NCBI RefSeq assembly: GCF_009914755.1
Contig: NC_060933.1
Origin: the human T2T-CHM13v2.0 reference genome, Homo sapiens
Length of the DNA: 64,000 bases
Strand: one strand, 5' to 3'
Shown here in pieces: positions 41,431-53,539 of this stretch. Each line of letters opens with the position of its first letter. The stretch's first letter is position 1. A program made the position numbers and the translations under genes. The notes beneath the pieces are model-generated. The model had not been told where the DNA came from and searched no databases. It saw only the letters and a list, made by a program, of their open reading frames with translations.

Positions 41431-42009
41431 CCATATATGAATGTGATCTTAGCCCACGACCTTGGACATAATGACCCCTAATCACATCCTCTGCACCCCT
41501 CAGGAGTCAGCGACTGCTATGTCAATTTCCTGTGACTCATTTTAATGGCACAAGTCTCAGAAAGGAAGACAACCCATCTCAAGCAGGCACGGGCAACCAG
41601 CAATTACTTTGGGGCAGAAACTTAGAACAGACAGGGTCTTTGCAGGAATGCTACAACAGCAGTAGTTAAAATATGTCACTAGGCTCTGAGGTGCCAAATA
41701 GACTGCTCTTATTGGAGTGTTTCAGCTCCTAATTAACCCTGACTCAATTCAGTTTTGACCTACTTCATTTCTAAATCCTACACAAAGATCATGTGAATAA
41801 AGGAAGCTATGTCTAAAGAGAAATCTCTGAAGAAACAAAGAATGCTGGGATAAGTAGGAAGAGGATACCCTATAAGGTCAAAGTTTACTATCTTCAAATA
41901 TATCAAATGTTGACATGGTTAAAAAATTGGGGTCAGACTGTTATCTGGAAGTACAATCACTGGGAGACAGTTATAGGCAAGCATCCTTTCCTTGGGAGGC
42001 TCATATATC

Positions 42010-42260
42010 ATGGTGGCCGGGATAAGATTTGAATCACACCTCTCCCTTTTACTAACTGTATGGCTATGTGCAAATGTTGGTTTTTCTGTTACTTATATTT
42101 CCTCCTTTATAAAATAGGAATAACATTGGCATTCCTATATTTAATATTTATTAAATCTGTCTTCATTATTTTCATGGAGATACTGTGAGGATTAAATATA
42201 CTAATTCACAGAAAACTTAGCTTTCTGACTGGCACATGGGAGGTATGTTAAAGGCAGTCA
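42010..42260 (+). mobile_element. MIR SINE
   Basis: GTTTGAATC...GTGAGGATTAAAT...CTGGCACATGG. Confidence 0.7.
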
Positions 42261-43039
42261 TTTCTTTGCTGTCGTTATCATTAATATTACTTAACCTGTT
42301 ACTAAAAATAAATTTTCTATAAGTCAAACATGCTAGGAAAGTTTGTTTTAGAAGGTTTTAGTTTCCACTGGACAAACTCTGCCAGTGAACATACGGCAAA
42401 GGTGAAAGGGGGTGCAATTCATCAGAAGCAGAGGTTCAAGTACTAGGAGATTAGTTGAAGTATAGACTTTAAATTTATAAATTTTTAATGGGAAGTTGCC
42501 ATTATCCTGTGATGTTTAGACTTTCCTCACTATTTACAAATGTCAATAGTGGCATCTGTTCTCTCTTTCTGATAGCCAGTAGGTATGAGTAGAACTACCA
42601 GGTGTTACCAAAGCAAACAGGTAGAAAAATTGCAGGCCTCCTCTTTATGTGGTTCCCAAGATTTCATCATTCCAGCCCCGTAAATTCTACCCAGCTCTAT
42701 TTTTTAATTTTTTTAACACATGTCACTGTTAGGCCATTATATGCCCATGTGTAACCTTAATTTCCTACTTTCATGGGTTTTCTTTATCTATATCTAATGT
42801 TCAGCAGACAAGAAATACTGTGAAAGTTGAACCTTGAATACCATATTCTCTTCCCAGAATTCCCATATAGCATGAATTTCTAGTTCTCCTGTGGACATGT
42901 TAACTCATTCAGCACACAGTGATTGAACTGCTATTCTGTGCCAGGTGTGCAGACACTATGGATGGAACTAAGGACAGCCTACCTTAAGAGCATCATGGAG
43001 CTCTGGCCCTAGTAGTGGAGGCAAATAAGCAATATGTTA

Positions 43040-43540
43040 CCAACTTTACCCACATGAAATAGAATAGCATGCAACAGTAATAATGAATGGACTAAGACTA
43101 AACCTATTAACATGGCTACATCTCAAAAACTTATGTGAGTAGACAAAAGAAGTGTGCTTTAAATAATGTAATAACACATTTATATGGATTTTGTAGGTAT
43201 ATACAAAGAGTAATAGAAACCAAATTCATAAAAGTGCTTAACTCAAAGTGGGACTGAGAACAAGAGAGAAGAATGGAATCTAGTAGGAATATTCAAGGGT
43301 TGTAACTTTTTAGGGAAATCTTACTTCTTTTTTGGAAGGTGAGTATATGAACTATTTCTTTCATATATTTATGAATGAACATTCACATATATGAATGTTC
43401 ATATATATGTGAATTTTTCTGAGGGTACCTTAAAAAAGAATATATATATTATATATATTCTTTCATATATATTTTTAAAGAATGGTTCATATATATATAT
43501 GAATGAAATGATCCCTAAAATAAAATATTTCTATAAAAAG
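43040..43540 (+). mobile_element. L1ME-class 3'-end fragment containing AT palindromes
   Basis: CAACAGTAATAATGAATG...ACATGGCTACATCTCAAAAAC. Confidence 0.5.
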
Positions 43541-44149
43541 ATATTACAGCTTGCCAAAAAAGTGTTTTCAATGACTCTATTATATTAAATCAAAATGAGA
43601 CATACTTGATTTAGAAGGGGCATATGATAGGAATAGCTTCTCTGCGTCTCTGTGGAAATAGCTCTGAAGAAGCGATAACTAAGTAAAACGTGGAAATCTG
43701 GGAGTGAGGAGTAGAAGGGAAAGGCACTCCATTAACTTCACTCCTTTTTAAACTTTTGCTTGCATTTTGATACCAATTACCAACATGAAACCGATTTCAA
43801 CCTATTCTAGCTCCTCAATTCAACAGGCAACCCATTAAGACATTGCATCTTATTTACTTTTGTATTCGCCAAAGCAATGAACAAAATTTATTATGTTGAA
43901 CACTCGTAAAAGTCAAGGCCTTGGACTTCAAGTAACCTGAAAGTCACAAATATGCTAAATGTTGAATACACATTTATTTTTTATTTATATTTCATTGGCA
44001 ACCAGCCCAAGTTTATGCGGTTTTAAAATGGATGTTTATATGGCAATTTTTACCCTATCTGTGCCATCTAATATTTCATCTGGATTTTCAATAAAGTAAT
44101 GAAGGATATCTTTGGATCATGCCCTTCCCTGTGTGTAAAATATATTTTC

Positions 44150-44530
44150 TTTTTCATCCTTCACCTATCAAGTTCAATTTGCTCTATTTCTTAAAGTCCT
44201 GCTCATATGCCTCTGCCTTCATGAAGTCTTTGCTAATCAGTTCAGTGCAAAGACTGGGCTGCCTCCTATAGACTCCTTTGCGACTCTGTGACATTGATTA
44301 GTTTTAGCATAGTTCATAGACCATTGTAGAGAGCCACTACATTGTAGCTATTAATATTATTGAAGGATATTCCCTTCCTTCAAAGATGTACACTTCACCA
44401 GGGAGATAGCAATGACACAGATGCAACACTGTATGGTTTAATCCAATTCGATATGTCCCACAGCCTAAAACATTCATTTTTTGGCACAAAGCGGCTGCTC
44501 AAATAAGAAAGGATGAAATGAATAAATAAG
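44150..44530 (+). mobile_element. L2 fragment
   Basis: CTCATATGCCTCTGCCTTCATGAAGTCTTT...TTGGCACAAAGCGGCTGCTCAAATAA. Confidence 0.55.
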
Positions 44531-45208
44531 TCAATGAAATGATCAACATATGAATTATATTTGTCTAGCCCATTGGAGATCTCAGCCTTGCAAACGTACA
44601 CCTTGCCCCCCAAGGGGTGGAGTTATTTATTGTTTGCATATGACAGCACTTTGCCAAATGAACAAAAATCTGAGCTGGCTTCATTAAGAGGGATGGATAT
44701 AAAGTAGGTACATGTCTGTGCTGAGCCACTGAAAGTAAAATGGGATAATTGCAGTGGTTACAATGAGGCTGATCAAGCTGAGAGAAACAAGTTTCAAATC
44801 GTTCCAATCAGTCCTAATCCAGCAGAGTTATTAACAGTGTTCTACCCTGGTGCGACTGCATCTGCTAACGTGAGATAATGATTTATATCACAGTTTATGA
44901 AAGTTCCAATTTGTCCTAATTCAATAAGTGAAACCCAGCAAGGCAGGCAGGAGACAGACATTGCACTATGGCTGGAATTCCCATTTCTTTCTCCTCTCTG
45001 CACCACCCACAGACTGTCATGGCTGATGTGCATCTGCTTGCCAGGCACCTTTTGTTGTAGTCTTAAGCTGAGGGAGACAGAGCAGGAAGTTGGAGTAAAA
45101 GTTCTCAATCACACCCTAGATCTGAAAGATCCAGCAGGAAAGGATGTTTTGAGCAAAGATGACATGGTGGTATCATACAATTAGATGTGTCATGGAGATT
45201 TCTGAGTC

Positions 45209-45392
45209 TAGGAGTTCTTAATGTGGAAATCTTGAGACCTTAGGTTAGAAAGCAGTGATTCTATGAATGCTGCAAAAGTGTGTATTTATGTGTTTGCATG
45301 TGTTTGTGCAATTTTCCTTCCTCAGGAGAAAGTTCAGAGCTTTCATTAGACCTCAAATTGTTCTTGTGACCCAACAAAATTATGAACGATTG
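45209..45392 (+). mobile_element. hAT-Charlie-type MITE, subfamily uncertain
   Basis: TAGGAGTTCTTAAT start, then AGAGCTTTCATTAGACCTCAAA...TGACCCAACAAAATTATGAACGATTG. Confidence 0.55.
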
Positions 45393-45681
45393 ACAGGTCT
45401 AATCCACTCACTATCAAAATGAGAAAGCAGAAAGAAGGTCATTAAGATAATTTCCCTAAATCACTACTAGAGAAAGAACTGGGGATAGATTACAAGAATC
45501 CTAAAGCCAGCCAGGAAATAATTTACATGTTTGACCACAGAAAAAAACATGTGGCTTCAGCCAAGTATGGTTTCTTGGACACTGTTTTTTCTCTATCCCT
45601 TCCTCCTCCTGTCCTATTGGCAATGCTGCTCCCATTTAGACAGCCAGCTGTGTGTCTCCTTCATATCCAGAGGTATCCTCA

Positions 45682-45699
45682 AAAAAAAAAAAAAAAAAA
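45682..45699. repeat. poly(A)18 run
   Basis: Read directly. Confidence 0.9.
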
Positions 45700-46679
45700 G
45701 GCTATTGATAGCCATAGAGACATAGAGATCACATGATGCCATAGAAAGAACAGTGCTAGCTCCAGCTTCTGGTAGATGTCAGGCACAGAATTACACAAAA
45801 TGCATATTTATTGAATGAATGAATGAATGAATGAGCTGAAGGGCAGGAAAGATTGTGTACTTCTTCAACACTCTTTTTGATAATCTGAAAAATGAGATTT
45901 GTTTTCAGAATGTCTCAGCTTCCTTTGCTTTAACATTTGATGACCGTGACAGTCATTTACTTGTGACCTCATTTCCCACTATGAATTAGAGGCCTTTTTT
46001 CAAGAGATTCCATGCATCTGTGCTTAGATTGAGGATGGGAGAACTGTATATCCCCCTAACTCAAGACGGCAGCTACCTTTTCAGCTTAGCTATAACTAGC
46101 GCTCTCTGACCCTCAGTCCAAGGCAAGCAAGCTCAATATGCCAATACTGATTAACTTGTCTCATTATTAAAGTAAATAAATAAAAATGCTTGAGCGTCCT
46201 TCCTAACCAGAGCAGATTCAAGGCTCTGAAGATACAAAAGTAAATTTAAAAGGGATCCTTCCTTAAGGGATCTCACAATCTGTGCGAAGACTGATATATA
46301 CCCTGCAGGCAAGGACTCAATCCTTGACTGCAGTGTACATATTTGGATTGATAATTACTGAAGTCACAGATTGAGCAGAGTGTTCAAATCATATGGAGAA
46401 AAGAGCTATGAGTCATTCTGGGTGCAGCAATGAAGGTGAAAGAAAAGCATTAACTCAGTCTTGAGGATAAATAAGTGTGAACTTACCAGAGAAGTTAAAA
46501 GGAAAATCCACAAAACTAAGATGGCCCAAGCCAAAGCATGACATTCTGAAGGCGCATTACATATTTCTGGAGTGGTGAATACTCTGGTATGAGCCTAGGA
46601 TGGTGCTTGATATTTAAAGAGAGCTCAATAAATATTTCTTGAATTAGTGAGTGAATCAATAGCTAAATAATTATAATTA

Positions 46680-46920
46680 TTAACAGTGATAGCTAGATTT
46701 ATTAGATTATTTAGTGTCGAATTCAATATTAAGCACTTTTCATATATTGTATCACTTAATTTCCACAACAACCATAGAAGACAAGCATTGTTATTTTTTC
46801 CATTTTGTACATGAGTTTCCTAAAGCTCTGGGAGGCAGAGGAACTTTTCCAATGTCACATGGCCAGTATCAGTATCAGAATTTGGCTACAACATGACTGC
46901 ATGACTTTAAATTATATGCA
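46680..46920 (-). mobile_element. MIR SINE, flanked by L2 fragments (46170-46660 and 46960-47190)
   Basis: AAGCACTTTTCATATATTGTATCACTTAATTTCCACAACAACC...CCATTTTGTACATGAG. Confidence 0.7.
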
Positions 46921-47546
46921 CTTAAATTGTTTCACCTAAAGTATACAGTGTGTTGGAAAAGAGGATGGAATAAGAAATGTCTGGAAAAATACATTATGGT
47001 CATATTGTGAAGGAAGTTGAATGCAGTATTATGAAATTTGCGTTTCACCCTGTTATGAAGGGAAAGCTGTATAGAGTTTTCTAACCATCGGTAATGCAGG
47101 CCCTAAGTTGTGTTTTAGAAAGACAGTTGGAGGGTTGTGAGTCATAGGCTAAAAAGGCAAGAGTCTATATGGTGCAGAACCACTTGGGAGATATATAAAT
47201 AAATCATCTTCTCCATATTATCCTGTAGCCTGCTTTTATTTTGATAAATAGTATAGCATGCATATGGTTCCACATCAGTACATCTTCATCTGCTTAAATT
47301 ATCATTACTTAGAAAAAAAAATTTCACTATGAACAAATGTAAATGTAAAAAGCATGGAAAATAAAATCCTAACCCTGTGCCCCTATCATGTGCTTTTCAT
47401 AATTATCAAGCCATAATTTTTGGATAAAATTATCAAATTTTATTGTCTATAACCCCCACTGTCCATCCTACTTTGAAGCAAATTTTGAAGCAAATTCCAT
47501 TCTTGACATTATATTTATTTACTCATAAATATTTCTATATTTCTTT

Positions 47547-47677
47547 CTTTCTTTTTTTGGTAGAGCTTGGGTCTTGTTATGTTGCCCAGGCTGATCTTGA
47601 ACTCCTGGCCTCAAAGAATCCTCCCACCTCAGCCTCCAAAGTGCTGGGATTACAGATATAAGCCACCACTCCCAGAC
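47547..47677 (-). mobile_element. FLAM (free left Alu monomer) with TSD
   Basis: A single left-arm monomer. TSD TATATTTCTTT at 47536-47546 and 47680-47690. Confidence 0.88.
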
Positions 47678-47731
47678 AATATATTTCTTTAAAAACCCCT
47701 TATCTTATATCCTCAATCTTGATTTTCTAAA

Positions 47732-48068
47732 ATAGGATTCCTGAACCTATAACTCAGGCCAAATCCTGCCTTCTCCATCTTTGTCTGCCATTATACCTAA
47801 CAACAGTTTGGGCATCTTTGCATTTGACATAAATGAATTAAAAACAAGAATACTATTTCACGACCAGTGAAAATTATATGAAATTCAAATTTCAATGTCT
47901 ATTAATGTCTATTGTATTTCACCCAAACCACTATCATTCATTTATGCATTGCTTATGGCTGCTTTTGTGCTGAAATGACTGAGTAGAGTAATTGTGACAG
48001 TGACCATATAAGATACAAGCACCTACACAATCTCTTCAATTTTGTATCTTGGCTCACAGAGCTTAAAC
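47732..48068 (+). mobile_element. MER58B-like hAT-Charlie element
   Basis: GGCCAAATCCTGCC, AAATTATATGAAATTCAAATTTCA and TATGGCTGCTTTTGTGCT...TTGTGACAG. Confidence 0.75.
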
Positions 48069-48084
48069 TCTTTAGTGATGGTGA

Positions 48085-48215
48085 GAATCACAAATTCCTG
48101 GGACCCACCACAAAGGTTCTAATTCAGTAAGTCTGGGGTGAGGGCATGAATATGAATTTTTTGGGAGTTCCCAGTGGGGGCTAATACCACTGGTCAGGCG
48201 CCTCAATTTCTCTGA
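48085..48215 (+). mobile_element. MER5A-like hAT-Charlie MITE fragment
   Basis: AAATTCCTGGGACCCACC...TCTAATTCAGTAAGTCTGGGGTGAGG. Confidence 0.75.
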
Positions 48216-48882
48216 CCTAATAAAAAAATGAGCAGGGATTCAAGACAAGGAAAGTGATGGGATTCTAATGGTCAACTCTTCACTGAATCCCTTTCACAGT
48301 GCCTCATCTGAGGGTCTCAGCCTCACCCCATATCAACACAGCAATTGCAGCACGAACCTGATCAACACTTGACCTGTCATTGCTTCTTGGAAAAAATGAG
48401 GAAGGCGTCCTGTCACAAGTGAATCACATTTTCCAGGCAGATATTTATTCATTAGATGCATATCACACCTTTACTCAGAGTCTGGATCCTAAGCTTAAAA
48501 TATGGGTAATTATCCAGTCACAAAAATAACCACTCTGCATCGAGGCTTTAAACAAAGTGAGGAAGGAGGGCCTGGTGAACACTGAGGATGAGAGAAAAAG
48601 ACTAAAACGAAAAGTTCATAATGAAAGCCTCTATTTTTAAAAACTCAAATGTCAATTTTCCAAAATAGAACATTTTACCCCCATTTTGTCCCCAGTCTGA
48701 ATCTGACATGTTTCTCCTCTGCACTGCCTTTCTGTGAAGAGCTGTGTTCTTTTCCTTGAGAGTCAGCGTGGTGTGGGAAAGAAGGGTGGGCTTTGTAGTG
48801 AGAGAAGACTAATCCTAGCTCTGCTCCCTTCAAACCACATGAATTTGGCTACGTAAACACTCAAAAGCTTGGAGCTCAGAAG

Positions 48883-49345
48883 CTAAGGTGATCAAATCCT
48901 TTCCATTTGCCTGGGACTTCCCTTCTTCCCCTGCTGTTTTTTGTTTCTTTTATTTTCTATTTATTTATTTATTTTTTTCTGAGACAGGGTCTTGGTTTGT
49001 CTCCCAGGCTAGAGTGCTGTGGCATAACCATGGCTCATTACAGCCTTAACCTTCTGTCTCAGCCTCCTGAATAGCTAGGACCACAGATGCATGTTACCAT
49101 GCCTGTTTTTTTGTTTTTTGTTTTTGTGTGTTTTTTTTTTTTTTAATTTTCTGTAGAAATGGGGTCTCGCTATGCTGCCAGGCTGGTCTTGAATTCCTGA
49201 CCTCAAGCAATCTTCCTGCCTTGGCCTCCCAAAGTGCTGGGATTACAGGCATGAGTCAACATGCCCAGCCTCCCATTTTAACACTGAAAGTCTCATGTCT
49301 TGAGAATCTCTTAGTCTTGGGCAAACCTAGGTGTTTTGTCATTCT
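48883..49345 (+). mobile_element. MER81-like hAT-Blackjack MITE split by an Alu
   Basis: TAAGGTGATCAAA...TTTGCCTGGGACT on the left, TTTTAACACTGAAAGTCTC...GGCAAACC on the right. Confidence 0.65.
48936..49270 (-). mobile_element. AluJ-like SINE
   Basis: GAGACAGGGTCT...CCAAAGTGCTGGGATTACAGGCATGAG. Confidence 0.9.
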
Positions 49346-49374
49346 GTTGCAACACCTGTTAAAATACAGAAACA

Positions 49375-49684
49375 GGCCAGGTACAGTGGCTCACGCCTAT
49401 AAACCCAATGCTTTTGGAGGCCAAAGAAGGAGGATTACTTATAGCCAGGAGTTTGAGACCAGGCTCAGGAACATAGCGAGATCCCATCTCTACAAAAAAT
49501 GTCTAAAAATGTAGCCAGAGATGGTTGTCCATGCCTGTAGTCCTAGCTACTCAGGAGGCTGAGGAAGGAAGAATGCCTGAACCCAAGATTTTGCATTATG
49601 GTGAGCTATGATTGTGCCACTGCACTCCAGCCTGGGTGACAGAGGGAGACACTGTCTCTAAAATAATAATAATAATAATAAAAA
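49375..49684 (+). mobile_element. AluJ-like SINE
   Basis: GGCCAGGTACAGTGGCTCACGCC...GTGAGCTATGATTGTGCCACTGCACTCCAGCCTGGG with an (AAT)n tail. Confidence 0.92.
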
Positions 49685-49959
49685 GCAAAGGGTTATATTA
49701 GCTAGTTTAGAGAGCTGTTGCAAAGGCTTAATTATATAATACCAGCCATAGTGGAGGCAACTATGGAAGGTTGGTTTACTCCTTCCCTTGTCCCCAGATA
49801 TGACTCTGAAAATTCTGTCATTCTACATGAACCCTCTCTCTAAGGTACAGCTCACACATTCCACACTCTAATCCTTGTAGAGCATCTTCCACTAGCTGTA
49901 GTCACTCTGGACTCCAACCTCCACTGCCTCAGTACAGAGCCTCATGTTACTATGTCCTG

Positions 49960-50750
49960 AGCTCTTGTCTTCCCAATTCCATTCTCTGCCTCTCCAATAC
50001 ATCTCACGAAGAGCTCTTTCTGAATCATCCGTCAAGCACATTGTTTTAGAGCTACACCCCTTTCTATGACTCTCTTTTCCCTAACCAAAACTGAAGCCCC
50101 AACTCTTCAAGAGGCTACTGGAAGCCCTCTACAAGTGAGTGATCACCTCCTTTTATGGCCTAACCTCCTATGGTCCACACTTCAGTTTCAATGATTTGCT
50201 TGGGGTTCTCCAATAGTGTCAGCTCTCTATATAAGGTTTTTCCTCTGCCAGAAATGTTCTCTCTGTATCCTAAACTGAGGCAGTGCCTCTCAGCCATGGC
50301 AGTATTGATGTTCAGGGCCTGATAACTCTTGGCCATAGGGACTGTCTTGTGCATTATAAGATGTTTAGCAACATCCGTGGGTCCATGGTCACTAACCCCT
50401 ACTCCCTAAGTGTCAATATCCCTCCACACTCATCAGTTATGAACCAACCATCTCTCCAAACAATGCCAAATGTTCCTCAGGGGACAAAACTGTCTACTCT
50501 TGAGAACCAAAATTGTCTACTCCCTTCTGCTCACCATCAAAAATCTAGCCCTTCTGATATTCCTCAGATCTTCCTAACACATGCTTATGCTTTGCTTTGC
50601 ATCAACTGCTTAAGAATATTGTTTTTTCTCATAATATTGAGAATTCTTTTAAAGAAAGATCTGCTTTCCCTTTTTATCTTTTTACTTTCTCCATGATCCA
50701 GTATAAACCCTTAATTAGCAAGTCCCCAAATAAGTATTGGTTGAATGAAC
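49960..50750 (+). mobile_element. L2 fragment, interrupted by MER20
   Basis: CTCTGCCAGAAATGTTCTC, ending AAATAAGTATTGGTTGAATGAA. Confidence 0.55.
50281..50510 (-). mobile_element. MER20 (hAT-Charlie MITE)
   Basis: GGGACTGTCTTGTGCATTATAAGATGTTTAGCAACATCC...TGCCAAATGTTCCTCAGGGGACAAAA...TTGAGAACCA. Confidence 0.85.
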
Positions 50751-52309
50751 TGTAATGTCAAATAGATGGCTTTTTGTTTGTGCTTTATGTTTCTTGATGA
50801 AAGTTAACCCAGGGTTTCTTAGCCCACTGAAATCATCTAATATTACTAATGCCTTTAAATAAATATACCTTTAAATAAATATATATGTATGCACATGCAT
50901 ACTGCTAAATTTGTAAAGTTTGAGTTTACAGGCATCTTCTGAAGTCTATAAAGTTTCAGAAAAGAAAGTTTTTCTCATCCTTCTCCAATCCTATTTTATA
51001 TTCTATCTTTGGTTATTTTCCCTTGACCTTCCTTTTTCAAGCTTGGTCCCATTTTACCTGGATTTTCGACCTTTGCTTAGCTTGCAAGTCTATATTGCTG
51101 TGCTAGCCAGTTATGCAGTCACATTTGCTTCTTTCTATCTTGTCTCTTTTAATCAGCTGCTCCACTAACTAGTAGCTGGCATAAAGAATTCGTGCTAAGT
51201 GCACATCTGTTCACATCTGGCACATAAAGGCCTGTAGGTCACATTTGTACAGGCAGCACAGCTGACTTCACAGCAGTCTGAGAAAAGAAAAAAATAGAAA
51301 ACTCTGGCCTAAAAATTTTTTGTATTTGATCAACCACAGTAATTGGGGCATTTCCAGCTGGCATTCAGCTTGGCACAGGGAACAATGAACGAGACAGGTT
51401 AGGATCAGGGAGCTGGCAGTTGCCAAGATCTTTTCTTCTTTTGGTTCCTTCTGGACTCCAGTATAAGCAGTGAGAGAGGCTTGTCCATCTCATTCTGTCT
51501 TGCAGTGTGCCCTCTCTCAGTTTGCTGAGACCAGTCAATGTCAGACCATTGTTTCTAAACAGCAACCCTGACTGTCCCCAGCTTGCAAACATTAGCAAAT
51601 ACAGGCAATGTTCTTACAAATAACAGAGATTGTGATTGTCTTTCCTCACTCTGGTCCTGCATCTAAAGTAACAGATTGGAAAAGGGAAGTCAAAGTTCTG
51701 GATCCTGTTGGGAAGGTCAGAGCCTCCTTCTGATTTATTGGGGGACTGCTGCTGAGATCAAGAGGCAAGGGGACACCTTGGGAAGTAGCCAGGAAAACAC
51801 AGGCTGGTGTGGATGAAGTCCAAAATGAACTCAGGTTTTTGCATACAAAAATGAAATGAAAGTTATTTGCAAATGCTCTTCTGGGACAAATTGTTGAAGG
51901 GGCCAAATAAGCATTCAATGGGGGCCTCAACTAGATGTTGTATAAGGCATTTTTAAATCTTGATATTTCTTTCATTTTTTTCCATCAACTTAATTATTTC
52001 TACTCCCCATATTATATTGTTCTTTAATTTACATCCAGTAATACTTTCTATGTACTTCTCTATCTCCTGCTTCTCCCAGCTGGATTTTTCCATAGTCAGA
52101 AGGCAGCTGAACTCCATAGGATATGATGTGAGCAAGAGCAGGTAAGCCACTCAAATACCTTCCTCAGACAGCCATCGTATCTGACATTTCACCATGAAGA
52201 ACTTAAAAAAAAAACATAGAAATTTTGATCCTTGAGTCCTTGAGTGTTACTGCCACTTAGTATGATAACATCTGAAGTTAATACTGATAAATAGTTTGTT
52301 GGAAAAATA

Positions 52310-52750
52310 ATGATTGCTAATATTTTTCACTGCTGGCTAGTCTTCCAAAGAGTTTCATGTATGCTACCTCATTTGACCTGCACATTAATCTTGAAGTATA
52401 AGTAGGTAAGTCTTTGAGAACTAACCTCATTAAGCTTTATTTTCTCATCTCAGTAATGGAAATAATGATGCATTCTATTTGCCAAATACTTGGGGGAGAC
52501 ATGAAGCAGAGCAGAGAAATACATATTTATATACACCACACATTAAATGCAAAGCAGTCTACAAAATTTGAATTTAGTGGCTAAATATGTAACTCCTGAA
52601 ATCAAACTTTTTCCTTTAGTAAATTGTTCACTTGCAGATGAGGAAAGTAGGGTACAGGGAGGGCAAGTGATACATCCAAGATCACGCAACAATTAGTAAT
52701 TAGAACGAGGTCTTCACACATTACATCTAGTGGGGTTTTTTTTTCACCAT
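52310..52750 (-). mobile_element. MIR SINE split by a ~210-bp local duplication
   Basis: CTCATTTGACCTGCAC upstream of the insert; TGCAGATGAGGAAAG...CCAAGATCAC downstream. Confidence 0.65.
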
Positions 52751-53464
52751 TTTATCTTCCAACTACACTCACTTCAAGATAATTCAGAGCCAGTGAATCC
52801 ATCCCAGAAGGATGATGACTTCAGCAGACAAGAACTGTTACGCTCTATCCTCTTGTTTGGTTAAATGTGCAGATAAATGCTGCCTGAACCACTGCCATGG
52901 AGTAAACAAATCAATGGAAGACATGACCTCTGTGTTTAAGGTCTACTTATGAAGCTAGAGAATCCGTGCATGAAAACTAACCAATAATATAAGTCATAAC
53001 AGTGATATAAGTAAATGATGTTACAGAATTCTGGACAAGAATAGGAAGATATCCAAAAATACTTCTTGGAGAAGGTGGAGTATGAGATGAATCTTGATTA
53101 CATTTAAATAGTAAGGAAAAGTTTCAGAAAGCTGATCGCATACACAGGAATACACCAAGGAGCACTCAAGGAGAGAGCGCTTACTTTAAATGTGGATGAA
53201 CATAAGTATAGAAGTTAGAAGATATGATTCCCAGGACTGACACCACCACTTTACTGTCTCTGAGAACGAGCCTCATTAAGCTTTCTTTTTTAATCTCAAA
53301 ATGGAAATAATGATGCATTCTATTTGCTGAGTATTTTGGGAAGACATTAAGCAGAACAGAGAAAGAAAGAAATACATATGCACATTAAATGCAAAACAGT
53401 CTACAAATGTCAACTTAGTGGTTAAATATGTAATCCCTGGAATCATACTGTTCCCTTTACTAAA
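52410..53464 (+). repeat. Dispersed direct duplication: 52410-52623 and 53256-53464
   Basis: Shared collinear blocks CCTCATTAAGCTTT, AATGGAAATAATGATGCATTCTATTTGC, CACATTAAATGCAAA, CAGTCTACAAA and TAAATATGTAA. Confidence 0.9.
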
Positions 53465-53539
53465 ATATTTTTCAATTGAACTATAACCGACATGTATAAA
53501 AATGTATAATGCACAACATTAAATGTACAAACAGATGCA

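Noticed and set aside
44620-44650. ATTGTTTGCATATGACAG as a SOX-OCT composite site
   Set aside because: Orientation and spacing do not fit the canonical CATTGTTATGCAAAT.
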